Positions 23,814 to 35,584 of a stretch of 64,000 bases of DNA are shown piece after piece. Source of the DNA: Macrostomum lignano. Its lineage: Eukaryota. The stretch is taken from contig NIVC01000868.1 of the NCBI GenBank assembly GCA_002269645.1, positions 186,001-250,000 of the forward strand, read 5' to 3'. The notes under the pieces are model-generated. The model did not search any database and had not been told where the DNA came from. It worked only from the letters and a program-made list of their open reading frames with translations. The first letter of the stretch is position 1. Each line of letters starts with the position of its first letter. The translations under genes were made by a program, and so were the position numbers.

Positions 23814-24147
23814 TAGAGATGTTCCATTGCAATTGACGAAATCGTCCATTTCAATCTGTCGAAATCAAAATTCGATAACTTTCCGAAATTGAAATTGAAC
23901 TTGAAATTTTCCAAAATCAAAATTCAGAAAAACAAAGTTTAATATGACTAACACTTACTTTTTTACGTTTTGATTTACTGCTTATGCAAAACAAAATACA
24001 TGTATATGTAGCAGAAATTACTCGCTGTCTATTTTTAGCCACTTGACACTTTCGAAATTTTGACTTCCAATTTTTTTTAAAATTGAAATTTGCTCTTAAA
24101 AATTTCGAATTTTGGAAAATTGAAATTGAAATTTTGGAACATCGCTA
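23814..24147. mobile_element. 334-bp MITE, hAT-like non-autonomous element
   Basis: 13-bp TIR TAGAGATGTTCCA / TGGAACATCGCTA (1 mismatch). 8-bp TSD AGCATTAT (23806-23813) / AGTATTAT (24148-24155). Confidence 0.72.
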
Positions 24148-25189
24148 AGTATTATAAATGACAAGTGTATAGGCTCCTTCTACAGAGGTATTAGGCCCCC
24201 TTCCATGTATATTATTTGCTTGAGCAGCAGCCAGCAAGGAAGGGCACCGTGCGCGCGCACTGCGCTTTAGAAAAATTTCAAATGTGTGCCGGACGCTGTC
24301 TGCAGTTTTACAACTTTTTCCTATAGGGGCTAGACATTCCACACATGTTTAATCATTGCAATTCATGGTTTTACCAAAGTGCTCACCTGTGTGGCAGTTT
24401 TTTTTTTGAGAAAATGGCAGCAAAAAAGCAACTTGCAACAAATGTTGGAACTTTTTGTCTTTATGAATAAAGATTTTTATCATTGTTCCTTTAAGTATAT
24501 TCTACTTATAAATGGAAAAATGAAAGTCAGTCCATATTTATAATTGCTTTGATAGCCATTTATATAGAATGAATTCATTTAACTATCAATTAGCACTACT
24601 GGCAAGTGATTAATGAGTAGTGAGGTGGGCATATTATTGACAGAAATATTTGTATTTGGTATTTTTCAGTATTCAAATTGGTTCTGTCAGATATTTGAAT
24701 CTGACATGGAATCAGTTCAAAAATTTTATATGACATGGGATACTTAAAACAAAGAAACAAAATAAGGATATAGCTGTTGTTTGATTGCCTTTCAATAGCT
24801 TTCTTTGCTTCATAGAAAAAATCCAATTATTAATTTCTTTTATTAAAGATACTAAAGTACAATGTGTGTTCCTATCTCTGTCATATATTTTGGAAGTCTG
24901 ACAAACAGACAATTTGCTATCCATCTGTTTCTACTAACTGCAAAAAACTATGAAGCTTTGCTTGTCTCAACATTAAAGAATGAAAAATGTGTTGAAAAAG
25001 TTGAAAATCAATACTTTACCTTAAAGCCTGTACTTTTTGCCAGAAGTAAACGCTGTAGTGGCTTTGTTAAAATTCAAATCTGTTTGTAAATGTCAATCCA
25101 CTGGAGATAAGTGCATTGAGAATTCTTTCACTCAAAAATACTTAGCAGTGAGGGGACTGAAGCCTGTGCCTGCACTTTCAACTCCTTAG

Positions 25190-25624
25190 GCTGCTCAGAA
25201 CAATGCAAAGCGCAAGCTGTCTGCAGCCTCAGCGGCCACCGAATCCCCCGTGCCAAAGAAGTTCAGGCCAGAGGCTCCTAAAGGAACCGCAATTAGGAAG
25301 AAACTGTCCAAAACTGATGAGGCGGCAGCGGGCCCAGCTTCCGTAGCCGCTCGCGCCGGAAATTTGGAATTCGAATCGGCGCCAGCGGAGCAGCGGGAGA
25401 AGCGGCAGCAGCTGCAGACTCAGCAGCGACATCGGCAGAAGACGCTGACTCCAGCTGCTGGCCCCGAGGAGCCGGACTGGGCGAGCGTGGCCGACTGCCT
25501 TCAGCAGGAGGTGAAGGACGTTGAGAAGCTGTGAGTGCCGCTGGCTGGCTTGAATTGTGCTAGAGAATTATTCAGGATTGTATTTATGTTAATGTCTGTC
25601 TGTCTGCCTGCCTGCCTGCCTGCC

Positions 25625-25711
<87 letters not shown>

Positions 25712-25730
25712 GTCTGTCTGTCTGTCTGTA

Positions 25731-25798
<68 letters not shown>

Positions 25799-28700
25799 CC
25801 TGTCTGTCTGCCTGCCTGCCTGTCTATCTCTGTCTTAGTGTCTTAGTGTCTTAGTGTCTGTCTGTCTGTGTCTGTCTGTCTCTGTCAGTCTGTCTCTGTC
25901 TGTCTAGCTGTCTGCTAAAAGCCGCTATGTCTACTCACAGCAGTAGCCTGTGCGCATGTTTCCCAATTCATCACAGTAGTTTGGCATTGAGCCAGAGGCC
26001 GTCGATTCCCTATTCAGCTTCCAGGAACAGTTGGACATGGAGACTCGAACCGCGGAGATGCAGAATGTGTTCAGCGGGCTGGCAATCAAAGATTGCAAGG
26101 ATATTCACCCCTACCTGGTAAGTCAGCGCTTGAGCATTATTAGCATAATTGAGGATTATCACCATTGCCATTCGCTTATCATAAGATTTACCATAGCTAA
26201 TGCCGGTGCACTCCCAGGTGTCTCTGCTCACCGAGAAGCTGGGTCTCGAGTATTTCACCAAAGTGCAGGCTGAGACTCTGCCGTTGGTGCTGGCTGGCAA
26301 AGATGTGCTCATCAAGACTCAGACTGGCTCAGGTGAGTCCTGCTGATAAGCTCCATAGAACTGATGTACTCAGAACAGCTCAGTGCGCATTGAGAATTCA
26401 GCACAGCCATGGTGCATTCAGCACAGCCATGATGCATTCAGTACAGCCATGATGCATTCAGCACAGCCATGATGCATTCAGCACAGCCATGGTGCATTCA
26501 GCACAGCCATGATGCATTCAGCACAGCCATGGTGCATTCAGCACAGCCATGATGCATTCAGCACAGCCATGGTGCATTCAGCACAGCCATGGTGCATTCA
26601 GCACAGCCATGGTGCATTCAGCACAGCCATGATGCATTCAGCACAGCCATGGTGCATTCAGCACAGCCATGGTGCATTCAGCACAGCCATGGTGCATTCA
26701 GCACAGCCATGATGCATTCAGCACAGCCATGGTGCATTCAGCACAGCCATGATGCATTCAGCACAGCCATGGTGCATTCAGCACAGCCATGATGCATTCA
26801 GCACAGCCATGATGCATTCAGCACAGCCATGGTGCATTCAGCACAGCCCCACTATCCTGATGCATTGTGCGTAGCACTCACGGCTCTTATTGCCCCCCCC
26901 TTTCCGTCGCAGGCAAGTCTCTCGCCCTTCTGCTCCCGCTGGTGCAGCAGCTGCAGGCGGTGCAGCCGCCGCTGAGCCGCAGCTCGGGCACGCAGGCGCT
27001 GGTGCTGTGCCCCACACACGAGCTGGCAGAGCAGAGCCACAGCTTGCTGCAGCAGCTGCTCCGCCCCTTCGTCCGTATCGTCAGCGGCCAGCTGGTCGGC
27101 GGGGTGAAGCGCAAGTCGCAGAAGGCGTCGCTGCGCCGCGGTCTCAACATCCTGGTGGCCACACCGCGCCGCCTGTTGGACCACCTGGAGCGGAGCAGCC
27201 GGCTGCACCTGGGCTCCGGCATCCGGATGCTCATCATCGACGAGGCAGACCGCCTGGCCGAGCTCGGCTTCGAGCGCGACGTCCGGCGCATCGTTGAGGC
27301 CGTCTGCGCCTGCGGCCGCCGCCCACAGACCCTGCTGTGCTCGGCCACCCTCACTGATGGAACTGAGAGGCTGGCCGGCCTGGCACTCAGCCAGCCCAGC
27401 TGCGTCTCCGAAGAAGCCGCCCTGCCGGCCAGCGTGCAGCACTTTGTGCTGGCCGCCCCCACCCGCATGCGGCTGCGCGCCCTGCTGTCCGCCCTGCGGC
27501 CCGCCCTGGCCGCCGGACACAAGGCCGCCCTGTTCCTGCCTACCCAGGTCTGACTGCCTGCCTGATGTCTTTCTGGCTGTATGTCTGTGTCAGTCTGTCC
27601 ACCTGTCAGTCTGTCCACCTGTCAGTCTGTCCACCTGTCAGTCTGTCCACCTGTCAGTCTGTCCACCTGTCAGTCTGTCCACCTGTCAGTCTGTCCACCT
27701 GTCAGTCTGTCCACCTGTCAGTCTGTCCACCTGTCAGTCTGTCCACCTGTCAGTCTGTCCACCTGTCAGTCTGTCCACCTGTCAGTCTGTCCACCTGTCA
27801 GTCTGTCCACCTGTCAGTCTGTCCACCTGTCAGTCTGTCCAGCTATCAGTCTGTCCAGCTATCAGTCTGTCCACCTGTCAGTCTGTCCACCTGTCAGTCT
27901 GTCCACCTGTCAGTCTGTCCACCTGTCAGTCTGTCCACCTGTCAGTCTTTGTTACTCTGTCCACCTGTCAATCAGTCTGTCCACCTGCCAATCAGTCTGT
28001 GTCAGTCTGTCCACCTGCCAACAGTCTGTGTCAGTCTGTCCACCTGCCAATCAGTCTGTGTCAGTCTGTCCACCTGTCAGTCTGTCTGTGTCAGTCTGTC
28101 CACCTGTCAGTCTGTCTGTGTCAGTCTGTCAACCTAACCCTAACCCTAACTCTCCCTCTTCCCAGTCATCAAATTTCTGTAATCTTACTACTCCGTCTAT
28201 TGTGCTTCTAATATAAGTTCTCCACTCTGTCTATCTCCATCGCTGCTTCCGCGAAGATGAGCTTTCATTTCCATTCACGCCTCAATATCCCCCAGGCTTC
28301 CGTAGACTTTCACCACGGCCTGCTGTCCGCTCTGCTCTCCGACTCCGTGCCGCTGTGCCGTCTCCATGGCAACCTGGCGCACGCGGACCGCATCAGGGCC
28401 TTCCGCGAGTTCGCCAGCCGCGGCGGCTCCGGCCTCCTTGTCACCACCGACGTCAGCGCCCGCGGCCTGGACTTAAGCCGCCTCTCCTGGGTCATCCAGG
28501 GCCCCGGCGAGCCGCAGCTCTACTGCCACCGCGCCGGCCGCACCGCTCGCCTCGGCCGGCCGGGCCGCTGCCTCCTCCTGCTGGACTCCGCCGAGGTGGC
28601 GCCCTATCTGCGCCTGCTGACAGCCCCGGACAGCCCCGGCCGTAGTCTCCGATTTGCCCCGGTGCCGGCGGGCCGCCTGATGGCCCGCTGCTGTCCGGAA

Positions 28701-29054
28701 AACTTCGGCCAGCTCACCCAGCTGGTGGCTGACACCGAGCAGCTCCGGGCGCTGGCTGAGGACGCTTTCGTGTCCACCGTGCGGGCCCGCGCCACCTTCG
28801 CAGGGGACCTCCGCGCTGCCCTGCCCATGCCGCACCTGGGCCATCTGGCCTCCAGCTTCTGCCTGGCCGACCCGCCCGGCGTCATCGCCGCCAACGCCCG
28901 CCGGCGGCGGCACCCGGAGGCGGTGGAGGCTGCGGAGGCTGCGGCCGCGTCCGCCAAGACTGAGCGGAGAACTTCGAAGGTTTCGGCCGGACGTCGGGTT
29001 CGGACGGGAGGCGCCGCCGTGGACAGGCTGTCCGAGTTTGCCAGCGGCATCTGA
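25190..29054 (+). CDS. DDX31: DEAD-box RNA helicase DDX31/Dbp7 (exons 25190-25530, 26018-26117, 26218-26332, 26913-27547, 28296-29054; upstream exon needed)
   Basis: Q motif FTKVQAETLP, motif I TQTGSGKS, PTHELAEQ, TPRRLLDHL, IIDEADRL, SAT, TDVSARGLD, HRAGRTAR, and C-terminal HLGHLASSFCL typical of DDX31/Dbp7. All splice phases are compatible. Confidence 0.9.
25594..25910. repeat. (CTGT)n microsatellite in a DDX31 intron
   Basis: Direct repetition. Confidence 0.95.
26398..26847. repeat. 20-bp minisatellite (GCACAGCCATGGTGCATTCA), about 22 copies, in a DDX31 intron
   Basis: Period 20 seen directly. Confidence 0.95.
27590..28130. repeat. 16-bp minisatellite (GTCAGTCTGTCCACCT), about 30 copies, in a DDX31 intron
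   Basis: Period 16 seen directly. Confidence 0.95.
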
Positions 29055-29377
29055 CGCATTCAGTAGCTGCTTGCATCCGGCAATCAAAATCAAATAAACT
29101 GGCTGAAATCTGCTTTGCTGTGTTTCATTGACTGCACAGCTTTCTTTGATGCGAATTCGCACTGACAGGCTGCCAAGTATTTGTATTTGCACTCTTATTT
29201 TCACTGGATTGAATTGCTGCACTTTGCCAGCCTTGCTTTGAGGCCAGCTTTGAGTAACTGTGGCGACCTGGCCTGGAACATTGAGACATAAAAAATGCAA
29301 AATTCGTGCAAGTCTGTCTTCAGGTCATCTCTCTTTTTGGTCATAAAGTCGAAAAATGAAATGCAAGATGCAGGAGC

Positions 29378-29705
29378 CGAAAGCGCCCCTTAAATCGAGT
29401 GGCGGAAGCGCCCCTTAAATCGAGTGGCGCAAGCGCCCCGAATCGAGTGGCGGGAGCGCCCCTTAAATCGAGTGGCGGAAGCGCCCCGAATCGAGTGCCG
29501 GAAGCGCCCCGAATTGATTGGCCAGTGCGCGGGGGCGCCCTGAATCTAGTGACGGGAGCGCCCCGAATCGAGTGACGGGAGCGTCCCGAATCAAGTGGCG
29601 GGAGCGCCCCGAATCGAGTGGCCAGTGCGCGGGGGCGCCCTGAATCGAGTGACGGGAGCGCCCCGAATCGAGTGACGGGAGCGCCCCGAATTGAGTGGTG
29701 GGAGC
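29378..29705. repeat. 23-26-bp degenerate minisatellite (GAATCGAGTGGCGGAAGCGCCCC)
   Basis: Tandem repetition with indel variants. Confidence 0.88.
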
Positions 29706-32700
29706 GACCGGAAAAGAGAATCAGGAATGTTTCGATGACGCCAAAACTGCAGCGGATATTCGGTACGAACTGGCGGTGAGCCCTCAGTAACATGAGGCCG
29801 CGGGCCCTGGCCGAACTGACAGCGAATTGATGGCAGCAGGCTGGCTGATCAATGCCGCGCTACTGGCCGGGCCGCCCCCTCACGCCTGACTGGTCGCGGC
29901 GGCCAGAGCCGAAATCGATATTCCCGCGTGCTCGATCGCAGATTTATTGCGGGGCCCGTCGGCCCTCATGCTCGAGTTGAGCGGCAGCTAAGTAGAAAAG
30001 CTTGTGAAATTGTGCGGGCTGAGCGGCGCAAACCGAGGGCTGTTAGGAACTTTTAATTTCACCAGCTACTTGTGCTGCGATGAAAACAAATATTTGAATT
30101 ATGAGGCCCGCGTGCTCGGGTCAGCTTGAGTGCGCAATGATTAAAGCCTTAAACTGGTGAGCTGGAAATAGTCATGAGTCATTACTGTCACTGCGGTCTT
30201 GTCGCAGTTTGAACCAAGCGATCTGGACGTGTGAGCGTATTTTATGTACAAGCAATAAAGCCTATCTTTAACTTTATGACCCAGCGGCGGTGGACCCTGA
30301 AAAAAGTGAACTTGGCCTTTGAACTTTTTTATCTTGAATCAGCGATAAATTCAGTGATGAAATACACTTGTAGACCTGCTGGCCTCAAAGCAACTCTCTG
30401 ATGCCTCAAAGATCAGCAGCACAATAGTCCTTCAGTCATCCGGACTAAACTCAATTCAACTCCTTGCACCTTCGTTCAGCTTTGCTCCCCCCCACTCTGG
30501 CATTCGATTTCGCGCCCGGCCGAGCGCGGCTGAGGTAGCGAGATCCCCGATCCCTCCTCTCTCGTCCGCGCCGGGCCGCTTCTATCTGCCTTTAATTGCC
30601 CGGCTTAGAAACCGGCAGCCACCCCAAGTCGCGTGCCTCGCCGTCCGACGCGCCGAGTTTTGCCAACCGGGCCGGCTTGCGGTCGGATTTTGAGCTGCTT
30701 TTAACTCGGCGACCTGCTTGAGAAGCAACTCGTCCGGATTAAAATAACGAACTGCTTCTCCTGGTGCGGAACGGTGAAGAGCAGCTGTGGAGGCCCGCGA
30801 AGGCTCAACTTGAAGGCTCGCGTGCCGGCCTTGAAAACTTCGCAACGGTCTTTTGGGGAGCAGAAACTTTTCACTGGCTCAGCTGACAGGCTGTGCTTAA
30901 AGTTGTTATTGTTTTTGACATTCGAGGCTGCAGTATGGAATTGTGAGCGAAGTGGCATAATAAAAATACTGATGGCACCGTTCTCATCATGCACATGGCG
31001 TACCTGTAGCGAGAAACGCCAATGAAGGCGCCCCTCACCTCACGGCAGTGCTGCTTCGCCCTCCTACGTACAGAGACCTGGCCTCAACGGAGCCCCGAGC
31101 CCCTGTGTACTTTCCTGCCCCGCCTGTCCAGGCCTCCGCCCTTCTGGCCTTGCTCTCAGATTCGGCTAATTAAGAGCCGCCCCCGCCAAAGAGTCACTTT
31201 TTATAAAAGCAAGAAACTGTGCGGGTCAACTGCCCTCTCCCGGCTTTGATGGTCCTGGAAATTTGAGACGCGGGAAGAGAAACTGCCTGGGGCGGATGGG
31301 GCCGCATGCGGGAGAGCGCCGGAAGCTGCGAAGGTCCTGCAGCCAGACAGGCGTTGCGGTATCCGATGGGCCTGTGAATGCAGTGCATTTTATTTACTAA
31401 TTGGACTCTCATGGGCTTTGCTTGCTGCAGTATTTAGTAAATGATCTTGCATGCTGCATCCTTCAAAGGTCAATGTACTTGGCTCGCCAATCAAAACCCG
31501 GATCTACTGAAAAACGTGCACGCGCTTAGTGGAGATGCCACGCAACCAAGTAATCCCCATCAGTTTAGTGACTTCAGATGCATTTCTCTGCCGCGGCATT
31601 TTTCAACTTCCAACTATTGAATCTGCGATTTCTTGTGCAGCTGTTTGTGAAAGTCTGCAGCTCTGCCCCGACTCGATGGCAGATCGATCGCTGAACTGAC
31701 GCTGCGCTCGCTTCAGGCTTCTGAGGCTGCGTCGCCCCTGTCTCTCTGGCATTATCTTGATAAGCTGGGGGGGGGGGGCAGATCTGCACCCGGAGCCCGC
31801 AGTGCTGGCCTGATGCGCGCGGCAGCGGTCGCAGCTTGCGATTTGCGTGTTGCCGCCTCCATCAGCGAGCTTGCAAAACTATTTCCAAAAGACATTAATT
31901 GAATTACGCTGGCTTAATTAAGGACCTCAAGAGCGGCTTTCAGCGCTCCCTTGATGCGTCCACCGACCCTCCGCCCAGAATCCCGCCACCTTCCCCAACC
32001 CCACCGCCGCCATCAGCGCCCTCCTTCCTGCGATTTCGAGTTTGATTCCCCCGCTGTGCCAAGCTTTAATTAGAGGCCCAGCGATCGAATGGCTCTTAAA
32101 AGTTCCCGTCCAAGAGCTTCTTGCAGAACGGCAGCACAAAGACGGGCACGTCGCCGTCCTTAAGGACGCTGAGCTCAAACAGAAAGCGACAGTTTTGAGT
32201 GCAGCTCTGCGCAAAGAAGGATTCATGTGTATTTTTGATCAGCATCGATCTTCAGACAGCTCTGAGCCTGCCGCGCATTGGCAAGTCGCTCCGGGCGCAT
32301 TCAGTGAAAGAGCAGTTGGGGACAGCCTGACGGAACTGCAGAGCACAGATAGGCGAATAGATAATAGACTAGCGGATAGACAGACTAGCGGATAGACAGA
32401 AACGGACAAGCAGGGGAGTTCGGCTTAAGAGTCATTTTACAAGTCGGCTTTAGACGCTCTTGTAATGCCGCCAGGCAGTGCAGTACTCGGACCGGCATTC
32501 TCCAGCATCAGCTGCTCCTCAGAGCCCCTGAAAGTGCAGAGCGATTGGGATAAGAGTGCGAGTTAAGCGACATCCCTACCGTGCAATTGAGACAGGCTTG
32601 GACAGTTCTGAGACTTCGCTTGGTTCAAATAGTTCATTCGGCCCCCGGAATCCGGCGGACCCAAAGGCAGAGGGAGACCATCTGGCCCGAGCAATTTCCC

Positions 32701-33184
32701 CCAGGATCCATAATAAGAAAAAGTGATTGATTTTCTCCTTTTTGCTACAAAATCGATGGCCCGGCTTTGCCCCGCGCCCTTTATATTTCTCTCTGTCCGG
32801 GCGCAGTGGACAAGAGTTAATTTTGCCGGGAATTCGCACTTCTTCGGGCCTGCTGCAGGCGGGAATCGCGGCCGGGGCAAACCCTTGCGGGCACATCAGA
32901 AGACATTTTCTGCCCGTCTTAAGTCTCTTTGAGGCGGCACGCTAGCTGTCAGGATGGGATCTGGAACTATTAACTGGGCGCGGAGCGGGAAAATTTGCTT
33001 CTAGAGCCAGGTGCGAAACCTTAATGTGTCAATTACTTCCTCATCAGCTTTTTGGAGAGCTGCTCAGCAGAAGCTCTTGATCAGATATCGATTTAAAGGG
33101 CACCGTGAGCAATCCTTAGCGATAATGTTTTGCGATAGCCCCTAGCTCCCTTCATTGCCTCTTTGTACCACTCAGTCTCTGAAC

Positions 33185-33886
33185 TGTGTGACCCACTCCC
33201 GTACCTCTTATCTCTGTGTGACGCACTCCCGTACCTCTTATCTCTGTGTGACCCACTCCCGTACCTCTTATCTCTGTGTGACCCACTCCCGTACCTCTTA
33301 TCTCTGTGTGACCCGATCCCGTACCTCTTATCTCTGTGTGACCCACTCCCGTACCTCTTATCTCTGTGTGACCCACTCCCGTACCTCTTATCTCTGTGTG
33401 ACGCACTCCCGTACCTCTTATCTCTGTGTGACCCACTCCCGTACCTCTTATCTCTGTGTGACCCGATCCCGTACCTCTTATCTCTGTGTGACGCACTCCC
33501 GTACCTCTTATCTCTGTGTGACCCACTCCCGTACCTCTTATCTCTGTGTGACCCACTCCCGTACCTCTTATCTCTGTGTGACCCACTCCCGTACCTCTTA
33601 TCTCTGTGTGACCCGATCCCGTACCTCTTATCTCTGTGTGACGCACTCCCGTACCTCTTATCTCTGTGTGACGCACTCCCGTACCTCTTATCTCTGTGTG
33701 ACCCACTCCCGTACCTCTTATCTCTGTGTGACCCACTCCCGTACCTCTTATCTCTGTGTGACGCACTCCCGTACCTCTTATCTCTGTGTGACCCACTCCC
33801 GTACCTCTTATCTCTGTGTGACCCACTCCCGTACCTCTTATCTCTGTGTGACCCACTCCCGTACCTCTTATCTCTGTGTGACCCAC
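33185..33886. repeat. 30-bp minisatellite (TGTGTGACCCACTCCCGTACCTCTTATCTC), about 23 copies
   Basis: Exact period 30. Three variant units are interspersed. Confidence 0.96.
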
Positions 33887-34869
33887 ATCTGAACTTGTGC
33901 CACCTTGTACAGCCCTGCGTTGCAATAACTCCATGTCTGTCCTACCAAACAACCCTGGAGTTGCCACTTACGCTTAGAACTGACTGGAAAGTTCAGAAAA
34001 TTCTTCCTTCCCAGCAATTTTGCCCCCATTAGCAAGTCCAAGAGAATTCCCAGTTTCAACAATGCAGTTCATTCGGGGGCATCGGGAGACCGCGGGTCCA
34101 AGACGGGGAGCCTGACGGAATTCACGGGAATTGATGCGAGAATTCCGTCTGATGCGGCGGAGTGCGCCCAGCCTCCAGGCGCGGTCCACAGCCTACCAGT
34201 TTTCCTCGGTCGCTTTCCCTCTCTCAGGCCCGTCAATTTCCCGTGGCTCCCCGCCAGAGTGATGAAGCGCAGAGGCTGCGCGGGCCGACTGGGAGCTACG
34301 GCGGGGGCGGCTGTGGGACGGAGCGCAGCTGGGGCTTGTCCCCGGTACCTCGCAGCCCCGCCTTATCTCGGCAATCCGCCCCCCCCCGAAAGAAAGAAAG
34401 GCTGATGTCGCGGATTCAGCCGTCAGTTTTCAGAATAATTGGGCTGAAAGGCGCATATCGCTACCGATCGCCCAGCACTGCCACCTCTGCGACTCCCGCC
34501 CCGATGCTGTCCATTGTGCTGCCCTGCTGCACTTTCCTGCGCAGACTGAGGCATGGGACAAGTTTTGCCGCTGCTACCGGCTCTATGATAATTGATTTCT
34601 GCTGCCGGCGCGCCAGCGTATTGCCTGCTCGAGTGCCCTCTGCCCATAGGGCGCCGGCTCTAACTGCGATTTTCCTCCACTTCGGAGCAGGCAACTCAAT
34701 AGTGCTGCGTGGCAGCGGTGCAGCTGCAATCAGTACAGCACACTGATTGCATTAGAAGCTGCTGCTGCTGCTCTGGGGGTCTGCAGGTCTGAGGGGCAAT
34801 GCTAGATCTGGAGACTCATATGACTCAGGCTCAGGCAGATATCACTTACTGCCCCTAGATTGGCATCTG

Positions 34870-35490
34870 TACTTCTCTCTATGGCCCAATCCTTCATCTG
34901 CATCTCTCTATGGCCCCAATCCCTCACCTGCCCCTCTCTATGGCCCCAATCCCTCACCTGCACCTCTCTATGGCCCAATCCCTCACCTGCCCCTCTCTAT
35001 GGCCCAATCCCTCACCTGCCCCTCTCTATGGCCCAATCCCTCACCTGCACCTCTCTATAGCCCCAATCCCTCATCTGCATCTTTCTATGGCCCCAATCCC
35101 TCACCTGCCCCTCTCTATGGCCCCAATCCCTCACCTGCCCCTCTCTATGGCCCCAATCCCTCACCTGCCCATCTCTATGGCTCTAATCCCTCACCTGCAT
35201 CTCTTTATGGCCCAATCCCTCACCTGCCCCAATCTATGGCCCCAATCCCTCACCTGCCCCTCTCTATGGCCCAATCCCTCACCTGCCCCTCTCTATGGCC
35301 CCAATCCCTCACCTGCCCCTCTCTATGGCCCCAATCCCTCACCTGCCCATCTCTATGGCTCTAATCCCTCACCTGCATCTCTTTATGGCCCAATCCCTCA
35401 CCTGCCCCAATCTATGGCCCCAATCCCTCACATGCATCTTTCTATGGCCCTAATCCCTCACCTGCATCTCTCTATGGCCCCAATCCCTAA
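34870..35490. repeat. 29-30-bp minisatellite (CCCCAATCCCTCACCTGCCCCTCTCTATGG), about 21 copies
   Basis: Tandem repetition just downstream of the receptor stop codon. Confidence 0.94.
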
Positions 35491-35584
35491 CCCAGTCTCT
35501 GAAATGACACCTTGCAGCTCTGATTTGACTGAATGGACTTTAATCGCAGAGCAAAGGAGAGCAGTAATGCAGAGCAGAAGCGCT

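Noticed and set aside
28131-28149. Telomere-like CCTAACCCTAACCCTAAC
   Set aside because: Only 2-3 units at the end of an intronic repeat, too short to call an interstitial telomere.
30582-32945. Short ORFs such as 30582-30845 (-) and 32042-32395 (+)
   Set aside because: No motifs, no consistent exon chain, and lengths expected by chance in GC-rich DNA.
33185-33967. 30-bp array as a duplicated donor (AAGAG|GTACGG on the minus strand)
   Set aside because: The donor is weak and I could not show that the adjacent sequence is an exon.
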